A program made the position numbers and the translations under genes. Shown here piece after piece: positions 47,601 to 55,645 of a DNA stretch of 55,645 bases (positions within the stretch are counted from its first letter, which is position 1; each line of letters begins with the position of its first letter). The notes beneath the pieces are model-generated. The model saw only the letters and a list, made by a program, of their open reading frames with translations. It made no database searches and was not told the origin of the DNA. The stretch comes from a virus (Duplodnaviria > Caudoviricetes): the IMG/VR virus record IMGVR_UViG_3300012948_000295, positions 1-55,645 of that record; one strand, given 5' to 3'.

Positions 47601-48872
47601 ATGCAGAATGCCACATGGGCAGGACCGCTCTCACTTATCCATCATGGTCTCATGAGCCACAGAGGCGTGATCTTAGGCCGCGCCTATCACCGTGTGCTGC
47701 GTGATAACGGAGACGCACACTTGCTGTGTGTGGCAGAAACAGGCTCCGGCAAGACTTCGAGCTTTGTACTGCCGAACCTGCTCTATGGGTGGGACGGCTC
47801 CTGTGTGGCGTTTGATCCCAAGGGCGAACTCTACGAGAAATCAGGCTCGCACCGTGCTCTGTGGTCACGAGTTGTCCACCTTGACCCGTGCGCCATGAAC
47901 TCAGACGCATTTAACCCCTTAAGTGCGATTAGACGCGGTACTGAATACGAAGTGCGCGATAGCCAGCTTGTAGGGGAAATGCTGGCGGACCCAGGCGCCA
48001 AAGGCGCAGATCAGATGAGTGACACGGGCTCTCACTTTACCGAGCTTGCCAGCGAGGGCATCGGCGGACTAGTGCTCTACGGGCTTTATACCCAGCTAGC
48101 AACCACACTCCCCGCTCTCAACTGGCTGACGGTGAATGAGAAATGGGCTGACCTGCTTCAAGCCATGGGGAGATATCCCCATCCGGCCATTAGGCGGGCA
48201 GGCGCTATCTTGAAAGGCATCAAAGGCGAAGGAGAAGCATCAGGCATCTTTTCAAGTCTCACAAAGACACTGCGCATTTACACTGATCCCATGTTAGCGA
48301 GATGTGCAAGCAGGAACTCTTTTACCTGGCGCGACTTAAGAGAACGCGCCAGACCCATGACGTTGTATATAACCGTGCCGTTTAGCGATAGAGAACGCCT
48401 CAGGCCATGGGCACGGCTTATTCTGCGCCAACTCTTAGATTACGTGGGGCGCCAGTTAGAGGACTGGGAACATCCACTACTGGGGATGCTTGACGAATTT
48501 CACAGCCTGGGGCACATGCGAGCCCTAGCCAATGCCGTGCTGGAAGTGCGAGGCTACGGTTTTAGACTCGTCCTCATTACTCCGAGTATCAAGAAATTAG
48601 AGGAGCTATACGGGAAAAATCACACGTTCTTTGAAGCGTCACACACAAAGTTAGCGATGGGTATTAGAGACCCTGACATCGCCCGCGAAGTGTCGTCCTG
48701 GATAGGAGAAAGAACCCGCTACCATGGCACCGGACCCCACAGGATACCCCGGAGAGAGCCCCTGTGGAGCCCTACAGCAGTCACCAACATGCACCCGCGC
48801 CGTATGGTCATTGTGTCTGGCAGGACACGGACCCTCGCCACGCAGGTGTATTACAAAACTTACGCAGTATAG
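47601..48872 (+). CDS. virD4: Type IV coupling protein VirD4/TraG, lacking N-terminal TM segments
   Basis: HLLCVAETGSGKT, FDPKGEL, FNPL, LDEFHSLG, RGYG, LYG. Confidence 0.92.
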   Translation: MQNATWAGPLSLIHHGLMSHRGVILGRAYHRVLRDNGDAHLLCVAETGSGKTSSFVLPNLLYGWDGSCVAFDPKGELYEKSGSHRALWSRVVHLDPCAMNSDAFNPLSAIRRGTEYEVRDSQLVGEMLADPGAKGADQMSDTGSHFTELASEGIGGLVLYGLYTQLATTLPALNWLTVNEKWADLLQAMGRYPHPAIRRAGAILKGIKGEGEASGIFSSLTKTLRIYTDPMLARCASRNSFTWRDLRERARPMTLYITVPFSDRERLRPWARLILRQLLDYVGRQLEDWEHPLLGMLDEFHSLGHMRALANAVLEVRGYGFRLVLITPSIKKLEELYGKNHTFFEASHTKLAMGIRDPDIAREVSSWIGERTRYHGTGPHRIPRREPLWSPTAVTNMHPRRMVIVSGRTRTLATQVYYKTYAV

Positions 48873-48883
48873 CAGGAGAAAGT

Positions 48884-49291
48884 ATGTTCGACCTGAGTTT
48901 TCTTACGAGTGTTGGCAGTGCCCTGGCTGGCACCGGAACCGAAGCAGACGGCGCGATGAGTCGTAGTATGGGCCTGATGGTCGGCTTAGGCGTTATGGGC
49001 ATTGGCGGCAGCATTGTTTTTGCCGGGATTAAGCACGCCCACAACAGCGAGCATATTACGGCCACAACCGCAACTGCAATTGGCACTGGCGCCACGATGG
49101 TGGCAGGTGGGGCAGGGCTTGCCGCCTATCTCACTGGACACGCCATGGGCGCCACGGGGGCGAACGCCGCAGTGTCTGTTGTTGGCGCAGCACTGAGTGA
49201 ACTCTTGAACCCGATTGGCCCTCTCTCCGTCATGCTTCTCTATCGCTACTACCGCGTGCGGCAGTCGCTGAGTAGCCATGCCGCGCGCTAG
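48884..49291 (+). CDS. Putative pilin, TrbC/VirB2 position
   Basis: Gly/Ala-rich hydrophobic segments; directly upstream of trbD; AGGAG RBS. Confidence 0.55.
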   Translation: MFDLSFLTSVGSALAGTGTEADGAMSRSMGLMVGLGVMGIGGSIVFAGIKHAHNSEHITATTATAIGTGATMVAGGAGLAAYLTGHAMGATGANAAVSVVGAALSELLNPIGPLSVMLLYRYYRVRQSLSSHAAR

Positions 49292-49553
49292 GACCCAAAC
49301 AGGGAGCGTCTTGCCTGGCTGGCAGGCGCCCTGCTACCAGGCCACAAGTGGACCCATCATCATGGGTGGGGTACCGCAGATGCTCTTTTTTGGGCTGATT
49401 GGCGCGAGCGCACTGGGAGGCATGCTCTACCCGCGAATCCTGTGGGTGACAGGGAGCATATATCTGGCATCAGTGATTGGCACGATGTGGGAACCCAACT
49501 GGTATCCCATGCTGAAAGAATATCTGGGATATGGGAGCGTGTACGAAGCATGA
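49278..49553 (+). CDS. trbD: TrbD/VirB3
   Basis: GW.AP.YQA...PI.MGGVP followed by two TM segments; upstream of VirB4. Confidence 0.8.
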   Translation: MPRARTQTGSVLPGWQAPCYQATSGPIIMGGVPQMLFFGLIGASALGGMLYPRILWVTGSIYLASVIGTMWEPNWYPMLKEYLGYGSVYEA

Positions 49554-51703
49554 ATTTACACCGTCTACTGAGATGGGACATTGCCGAATGCCCCGCAGCC
49601 CTCCGCTTGAAAAACGGCTCTCTCATGACCTGTTTGCGCGTGGTAGGGCATGACTTGCATAGCGCCCTTGGTGAAGTATTGGTGGCGCAGGCAGACCAAC
49701 TCAATAGCATCTTGAGGCGCCTAGAAGGCTCGTGGATGCTGCAGAGCGAATCGAGACGGCAGGAAGTCAGCGACTACCCAGCAAATCCCCACACAAACCC
49801 CCTGACACGCCTGATAGACGACGAACGCCGAGAAACATATACCACACCAGGGAAGCATTGGGAGACCGTTTCCACCCTCACGCTGACGTGGAAAGGCGCC
49901 CATAAGCAGAGTGGGAGCTGGAAACAGTTTATCTATAAGAACCTGCCCAAGAGCTCCGGCGCCGACGTTCCCAGGTTTCTTGAAGAAGTCGAACGCTTAC
50001 ATGGGCTCTTAGGCGAGTGGGTTGAATCACTTACGATGCTAGAGGGAGAGGAAACCCTCCGCTATCTGCACAGTACGATAAGCATGAAAGATCACCCTGT
50101 CAGCATGCCGGACATCCCAGCCTACCTCGATCAATACCTGACCGACATGGATGTAACGAGGGTCTATCTGCCGCCTTCACTGGTGCGCTGGCCGAAGCTT
50201 GGTGAGTATTTCATCCGCTGCGTTGGCGTCAAGCGCTATCCCCGTGCGTCCCATCCTGGCGTGTTTGAAATTTTGGATGAGTTGACCATCCCGTACAGAG
50301 CCTGCATACGCTGGCTTCCCCTAGCCAGTGGGCAAGCGATTAGTGAAACCCGCAAAGCGGCTGGCGCCTACTGGAGTAACAAAGAAGAAGGCACCCGCAT
50401 TAATAAAGCTGCCCTGTCGCTTTTCGAACAGGCTGCAACGTTTCAACAATCCCTGGAAGAGCATGATGTCTCAGCCGGACGCAATACCCAGACTGTGGTT
50501 GTGTGGGGTGAAACGTTCGAGGAGGCGACCGACCGCGCCCGCCTGATCGAGCGAACGCTTAACAGTGCTGGTTGTGTGGCCAAGTTAGAAACTGTCAATA
50601 CCATGTCAGCATTTCTAGGCACTCTGCCAGGCGAGCATCAGCGCAATACGCGCAAACAACTCCAGCATACCCGCAACTTAAGCCACATGGGACCGTGGCA
50701 TAGCCAGAGCCGAGGGACACGCTTTAACCTGCACCTGAAGGGCTTCCCCCTCATGCAAGTAACGGCAAGAGGTGCGACGCCCTACGGCTTTGATACCTAC
50801 AGCGATGATGTCGGGCACTTCTTTGTCATAGGGCCCAATGGGTCTGGTAAATCGTTTTTGCTCATGAGTATGGCGCTTGCCTGGCTTCAGTACGAGGGGG
50901 CCAACGTGCGTATCTTTGATAAAGACAAGTCGGCCATGGTTGGAACGTACAGTGTAGGAGGTAAATGGTTTGACTTAGGCGAAGAGATAGAAAAGACCAA
51001 CCTGACCTCCAAGCATATGGACTCCCCAGGCTTTACCCCGTGGGGGACCCTGTGGGAACCACCACAGGGGCACTGGCTGTGCTTTGAAACCAACAGCTTG
51101 TTTGACACGCCGGAGATGGTTCCAAGGATACTCGAACCCCTTATACGCAGTATCAAAGGCGCTTTGCACGGTCAACCGACAATGATCTTGCTCGATGAAG
51201 GCTGGCGCTATCTCCGTGACAGCTTTTTCGAGGGAAAAATTGAAGATTTCTTTTTGACCCTCAGAAAAGCCAACGGCATGGTGGGCTTTGCCACCCAAAA
51301 CCCCGTACATCTCACGCAAAGCACGATTGGTATGAGCATCTATCAGCAGTGCGCGACCCAGATATTTTTGGCGGACCCGAAAGCCACAAGTCCCGGTTTG
51401 GCGCCACACTACGAGACACTTGGCTGTAACGAACGGCAGAGAGAGATTATCGCCTCACTCGCTGCGAAGAGACAATACTACGTCGTGAAAGGAGACGACT
51501 GCGCAGTCATAGATCTGGAAGCTGGACCGATACAAAGAGCCATAGCCGGAAGCTCAAGAAAGACGGACTTAGCAAAAGCTTCAGAACTCTACGAGAAAGA
51601 CCCCGAACGCTTCGGCTATGAATGGTTGATGCATAAGAACCTTCCTGACGCCGTACTGCGGCTAGAGGAGCTATCGTGGAAAAGCAGAGAAGAAACAGAA
51701 TAA
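49550..51703 (+). CDS. trbE: TrbE/VirB4 ATPase
   Basis: KNGSL, DVGHFFVIGPNGSGKS, IFDKDKS, LLDEGW, TLRKAN..V.FATQ. Confidence 0.95.
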   Translation: MNLHRLLRWDIAECPAALRLKNGSLMTCLRVVGHDLHSALGEVLVAQADQLNSILRRLEGSWMLQSESRRQEVSDYPANPHTNPLTRLIDDERRETYTTPGKHWETVSTLTLTWKGAHKQSGSWKQFIYKNLPKSSGADVPRFLEEVERLHGLLGEWVESLTMLEGEETLRYLHSTISMKDHPVSMPDIPAYLDQYLTDMDVTRVYLPPSLVRWPKLGEYFIRCVGVKRYPRASHPGVFEILDELTIPYRACIRWLPLASGQAISETRKAAGAYWSNKEEGTRINKAALSLFEQAATFQQSLEEHDVSAGRNTQTVVVWGETFEEATDRARLIERTLNSAGCVAKLETVNTMSAFLGTLPGEHQRNTRKQLQHTRNLSHMGPWHSQSRGTRFNLHLKGFPLMQVTARGATPYGFDTYSDDVGHFFVIGPNGSGKSFLLMSMALAWLQYEGANVRIFDKDKSAMVGTYSVGGKWFDLGEEIEKTNLTSKHMDSPGFTPWGTLWEPPQGHWLCFETNSLFDTPEMVPRILEPLIRSIKGALHGQPTMILLDEGWRYLRDSFFEGKIEDFFLTLRKANGMVGFATQNPVHLTQSTIGMSIYQQCATQIFLADPKATSPGLAPHYETLGCNERQREIIASLAAKRQYYVVKGDDCAVIDLEAGPIQRAIAGSSRKTDLAKASELYEKDPERFGYEWLMHKNLPDAVLRLEELSWKSREETE

Positions 51704-51870
51704 TGGGAATAGTCATTGGCGCAATCATAGGATTTGGGATTGTAGCGCTGTTCATGCTTATGACTGGCTGCGCAGACCCGAGCTATCTCTTGCAACGTGC
51801 CATGTTGAACGCGGATTGTCGCCCTGGCCATCTGCAACCTGATGGTCAATGTACCCCACTGACGAAGTAG
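51703..51870 (+). CDS. Small lipoprotein (TrbK entry-exclusion or VirB7-like)
   Basis: Lipobox LMTGC; within the trb operon. Confidence 0.55.
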   Translation: MGIVIGAIIGFGIVALFMLMTGCADPSYLLQRAMLNADCRPGHLQPDGQCTPLTK

Positions 51871-51879
51871 GAGAGAAAG

Positions 51880-52620
51880 ATGAAGAGAGCCGTTACAGCA
51901 GTAGCGCTCCTGTGGCTATCAGCCGCACCAAGCTACGCACAGTACCCTGTGACCGATGGCGCCGCACTGACGCAGCGTTTGGCCATCTGGGGGCAAGAAG
52001 CGATCAGATGGGGTGACAGCCTGGCGCAGCAAAAACAGATTATTACGGACCAACTCACGATGGTTACGCAGGGGGCCAAGCAACTCTTAGCAACGCCAAT
52101 GGATATTGCCGGACAAATCAATGGTCTCATGACCACGTACAACAGCGCCCTGGCCGATGTGAAAGGGATTAGCTACACCATCGACAGCGCCAAACAAGAG
52201 TGGGAGAGTCTCTATGGAGCAACGACGAGCGGGGCGAGTCTACCAGCCAAAGCGGCGGCAATTGCGCAGGCAATACAGCAAGCAAGTAGTCAGGCGAACC
52301 AAGCTGAGGCGATCTATGCCCGCCTCTGTGCCGATACGGCACAGATACAAAACCTACTGGCAGCGAGTAAAGCCGCACCGGGTAGCCTTGCTGCCCTGCA
52401 AGTACAGACGCAGGTAAACGCCCTCTTAGCTGGCCAGATGCAAACGCTCACGCAAATCGAAATGACTGAAGCCAGAGCCCACATAATGCAGATTGCTGAC
52501 GACGCCCGTACGACCGAACAGAGCGTAAAAAATAGTCAGAACTGGATTTCCGGCTTTACTGATCCAAGCCTTACCCCGGTGCCGTTTGGGCAGGGCAAGG
52601 GCAACCTGTTACCACAGTAG
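51880..52620 (+). CDS. trbJ: TrbJ/VirB5
   Basis: Signal peptide, PVTD, L...S..A.G.LAALQ...Q..AL...Q. Confidence 0.8.
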   Translation: MKRAVTAVALLWLSAAPSYAQYPVTDGAALTQRLAIWGQEAIRWGDSLAQQKQIITDQLTMVTQGAKQLLATPMDIAGQINGLMTTYNSALADVKGISYTIDSAKQEWESLYGATTSGASLPAKAAAIAQAIQQASSQANQAEAIYARLCADTAQIQNLLAASKAAPGSLAALQVQTQVNALLAGQMQTLTQIEMTEARAHIMQIADDARTTEQSVKNSQNWISGFTDPSLTPVPFGQGKGNLLPQ

Positions 52621-52628
52621 GAGACATC

Positions 52629-52853
52629 ATGTACCGCCGTAACCGTCGCCAGATGCGTTTTGCCAGAAACCTCATGCTAGGTCGTATCCTCGCCAAGATG
52701 CGGTTCTTGTGTATGGGCCTCGCTCTCATGTCGATGGTCAGCCTCACCCTCACTGGGAATCTCACCAGCGCTATCGTGATGGCCATAAGCCTCTACGTCG
52801 TGAGTAAGCTGTTCAACTATGGCCTGTACCTGCTCACAGGAGAAAGCGACTAA
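52629..52853 (+). CDS. Small membrane protein in the trb operon
   Basis: AGGAG RBS; two hydrophobic segments; coupled to trbL. Confidence 0.55.
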   Translation: MYRRNRRQMRFARNLMLGRILAKMRFLCMGLALMSMVSLTLTGNLTSAIVMAISLYVVSKLFNYGLYLLTGESD

Positions 52854-53782
52854 TGCCATTTACCGCGATACTCAACGCCTTTATTGGGAGGTTTATTGAT
52901 GCCACAGAGCTCCTTACCCCTGTGGCCTTGGGGCTCCTCACGTTCTTTCTGGCTATCGAGTTTATCCTGATTGGAATTTACTACGCGATGCACCAGGAAA
53001 TCGACGTGAAGCCACTTATCTCCAAGGTGATCGCAACCAATGTGCTCATGTGGGTGATTCTCAATTGGGCATGGCTTACCAAGCAACTGGTAAATATCTG
53101 GGTAGCGTGGGGGCTCCGGAGTAGCCAGGGCGTCATGCTCGTGAGGGACTTTACCGACCCCGACAATATCGCCAAGTTTGGCTTTGCGGCGACGGGCGTT
53201 ATTTTTCAGCACTTAAGCCAGTATAGCGGGTGGGAACAGCTCAAGAATCTGTTGGAAGTATGGCTCTCAGGAGGCGTAGCCCTGCTGGTCATTCTGTTTT
53301 ACTTCACGCTGGCCGCGTGGGCTATGGTGAGCCTCTTAGAGTTTTATATGGGCGCCGCCGCGACCACGATCTTGCTGCCTCTGGGCGTGTCAGGGCTGTT
53401 CTCGTTTGTGCCCGAGCGGGCCATAGGCCACATGATTTGTGGAGGCGTGAGACTCTTTACGCTGGCGCTTATTCTCGCCATTGCCTTGCTTTTCATGATT
53501 GAGCTGCAACTCAAAGCGCCAACGAATATCTCTATCCCCCTCATAGGCCCAAACTTCGTGCAAGCCCTCTACAGCCTGGGAGGGGCGATTGCCCTTGGTG
53601 CTCTGTGCTGGAGGGCTGGAGCGTTTAGCGCCGGCCTGATGGGAGGCTACTCTTGGATGGCGCCCCGCGACATGACGCAGCACGTGCAAAACCTTATTAC
53701 TCACGCCACAAAGTTAGGGAACGCGCTTGATGCCATGAACGAGAAGTTAGGCATGGGAGCCACACCGGGGAGAAGGATATGA
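52853..53782 (+). CDS. trbL: TrbL/VirB6
   Basis: Polytopic; DF..P..IA..G, LLEF......ILLPLG....SFV.ERAIG. Confidence 0.88.
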   Translation: MPFTAILNAFIGRFIDATELLTPVALGLLTFFLAIEFILIGIYYAMHQEIDVKPLISKVIATNVLMWVILNWAWLTKQLVNIWVAWGLRSSQGVMLVRDFTDPDNIAKFGFAATGVIFQHLSQYSGWEQLKNLLEVWLSGGVALLVILFYFTLAAWAMVSLLEFYMGAAATTILLPLGVSGLFSFVPERAIGHMICGGVRLFTLALILAIALLFMIELQLKAPTNISIPLIGPNFVQALYSLGGAIALGALCWRAGAFSAGLMGGYSWMAPRDMTQHVQNLITHATKLGNALDAMNEKLGMGATPGRRI

Positions 53783-54429
53783 ACACGTCAGAGCATGACA
53801 TCGAAATTGCAGCAACGATCCGTGATAACGAACTCGAAAGCTCTAAAACGACCATCCGTAAACAGACCTATACCCAGTGGGGGCTAACAGCCCTCCTGGC
53901 AATAGCGACCATAGGCAATATCTATCAGGGCACGCAACACCGCTGGATTATTCGCTACGTCGAAGTTGACAAAGCCAGCATGCAAGCCCGTGTCATTGAC
54001 CCCGCCGCCGAGCGTTACGAGCCCTCGCAGGCAATTGTGAAAAGCGTCCTGAGTAGCTACGTGAGAACACTCCGCTACGCCTCAGAAGATCGTCAGGCGA
54101 TGGACGACGACTTAAACGTCTTAAGGATATGCTCGACGCCTGCGGCCAGGCAGCGTATCCGCACCTATGAAACCACGCCTGATGCCCCTAAGCAACAGAG
54201 ATTCCCGAGGGAAGTGCAAATTATCAGCAAACTCGCGTTAGGCGCGCGCAGTTATACCATGCGCTGGCAGGAGTGGAAATACGGCCAGGATAAACGGCAA
54301 GATGGACCACCCACGTTTTATAGTGCCCGCCTGACGTTTGAGCGAAGAGACCCCAAAACCGAACAAGAGCTGACCAACTGTCCCACGGGCATTTTTCTGG
54401 ACGAATGGACACTAGGAAAGGATCAGTAA
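53779..54429 (+). CDS. trbF: TrbF/VirB8
   Basis: TM then YVEVD, SY..RWQE..Y, PTGIF...W. Confidence 0.85.
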   Translation: MNTSEHDIEIAATIRDNELESSKTTIRKQTYTQWGLTALLAIATIGNIYQGTQHRWIIRYVEVDKASMQARVIDPAAERYEPSQAIVKSVLSSYVRTLRYASEDRQAMDDDLNVLRICSTPAARQRIRTYETTPDAPKQQRFPREVQIISKLALGARSYTMRWQEWKYGQDKRQDGPPTFYSARLTFERRDPKTEQELTNCPTGIFLDEWTLGKDQ

Positions 54430-54430
54430 C

Positions 54431-55639
54431 ATGGCATCCCCCGAAGCAGCACCACGGCTTGCGTGGGAAATTGTGATTCCAGCAGGATTGCTTGTACTCG
54501 CCTTGATTTACGGTATCTACTGGTACGTGACTACAGTAGGCACCGCCCTCATGACGCCCCCCAAGAGTGACGACAAGACGACAGTAACTTCAACTGTGGA
54601 TGACGTGAAACCACGCGACTGGACAAGACACGGCAGCGTAGAGGAGCCAGCACAGACGACGCCAGAGATACCGAGAGGGCAAATTGTCAGCCAGGGGGTA
54701 GGGGCGGCAACGCCACCCCCTGAACCTGTCCTACTGTTGGTTGCACAACAACTCCAGGCTAACACAAAAGTCACCGAGACACAAACCGGCTTGCTGCAGC
54801 GCATGGCGCTTGCTCTTGCGAGCATGGGACAGACGCAACAAGCCCAGAAAGCCCAGATGACGCAGCAAGCCACACAGGCGTCCCATGCGACGCAGACACA
54901 ACAACCAGAGAAGCCCAGGGCAACCCCCCTGGTGTTTCTCGTCAACAACAAGTCAGACGTGATGCAGGAGCAGCAGGCCAGCCTTGAAAAAGAGAAAGAC
55001 TCACTGCTCGAACCGGCACATCAGGTACGCCCGTTTGACCGCAAGAAAGTGCTCTACCGGCGTCAACAACTGGCAGGGAGAATCTTGGATTCGATTAATA
55101 GCGACTTGCCAGGCACCGTGCGTATCGAACTGACCGTCCCTGTGTATAGCCCCTACGCCAAGGATGGCGATGCCCCTTTGCTGGATAAAGCCACAGTCAT
55201 TATTGCCCGCTACAGTGGCGAGGTGAAATACGGGCAAGTGCGCATCCCCATTCAGGTTGAAGAGGCACAGCCCCCCAACGGTGACATTATTGAAATGAAA
55301 GCGATGGGAGGCGACCAGGACGGACGCCCCGGTGCCACAGGCACCGTCAATAATCACCTGGGAAAACTGGGGCTATCTGTGGCCATTAACGCCGTGTTGC
55401 AGCTTGGCGTCAAAGGTCTAGCAGGCACGCCCGGACAGGGCCAATACTACCAAAATCCAGTACAACAGGCGGCCCAGGAGAGCGCCAGTAGTGCAGCCCA
55501 GAGCATTAACGGCATGGCGCAAAAGCAACTGAACGTGCCCCCAACGATTGAGAAGGACGCGCACGGCAAAGACCCGTTTGTGACAATACTGCTTGAAAAG
55601 AATCTGTCGTTTTACCGTACCCCAAAGATTGTGAAATAG
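54431..55639 (+). CDS. trbI: TrbI/VirB10
   Basis: TM, INSDLPG, Y...V.YGQ.R, D.DG..G..G.VNNH, LNVPPTI. Confidence 0.92.
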   Translation: MASPEAAPRLAWEIVIPAGLLVLALIYGIYWYVTTVGTALMTPPKSDDKTTVTSTVDDVKPRDWTRHGSVEEPAQTTPEIPRGQIVSQGVGAATPPPEPVLLLVAQQLQANTKVTETQTGLLQRMALALASMGQTQQAQKAQMTQQATQASHATQTQQPEKPRATPLVFLVNNKSDVMQEQQASLEKEKDSLLEPAHQVRPFDRKKVLYRRQQLAGRILDSINSDLPGTVRIELTVPVYSPYAKDGDAPLLDKATVIIARYSGEVKYGQVRIPIQVEEAQPPNGDIIEMKAMGGDQDGRPGATGTVNNHLGKLGLSVAINAVLQLGVKGLAGTPGQGQYYQNPVQQAAQESASSAAQSINGMAQKQLNVPPTIEKDAHGKDPFVTILLEKNLSFYRTPKIVK

Positions 55640-55645
55640 AGGAGA
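55523..55645. repeat. Terminal direct repeat, copy 2
   Basis: Identical to 1-123. Confidence 0.97.

Larger units (their letters stand above)
1..55645. mobile_element. Circular phage-plasmid-like element with P22-like virion module and MOBQ/T4SS conjugation module
   Basis: Circular overlap; full morphogenesis set and relaxase+T4CP+Trb genes on one replicon with one primase-helicase. Confidence 0.85.

Noticed and set aside
47919-47930. TAAGTGCG matching the MOBQ nic core
   Set aside because: Inside virD4, no adjacent inverted repeat, not followed by CCC
1-55645. tRNA/rRNA genes, alternative genetic code and host assignment
   Set aside because: No RNA genes seen; genes read normally in code 11; only a diderm host can be inferred from VirB9/VirB10

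Overview
The window appears to be a complete circular element of about 55.5 kb: bases 1-123 are identical to 55523-55645. It joins two modules that are normally carried by different kinds of element. The minus strand (37406->4807) is a P22-like podovirus virion operon: terminases, portal, scaffold, a coat gene split by a group I intron that encodes an HNH endonuclease, gp4/gp10 homologues, three ejection proteins and tail fibre/spike genes. The plus strand (38255->55639, continuing across the junction to 3289) carries regulators, an NrS-1/P4-type primase-helicase, a MOBQ relaxase with a candidate oriT, a VirD4-like coupling protein and a stripped-down Trb/VirB type IV secretion operon, followed by secreted adhesin-like proteins. 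The two arms diverge from an AT-rich, repeat-rich candidate origin. I recognised no integrase, partition system, endolysin/holin or VirB11/TrbB. Nine consecutive tail-region genes start with Sec-type signal peptides. The best reading is a candidate conjugative phage-plasmid with secreted tail appendages. All calls come from reading motifs and synteny by eye; no searches were run.
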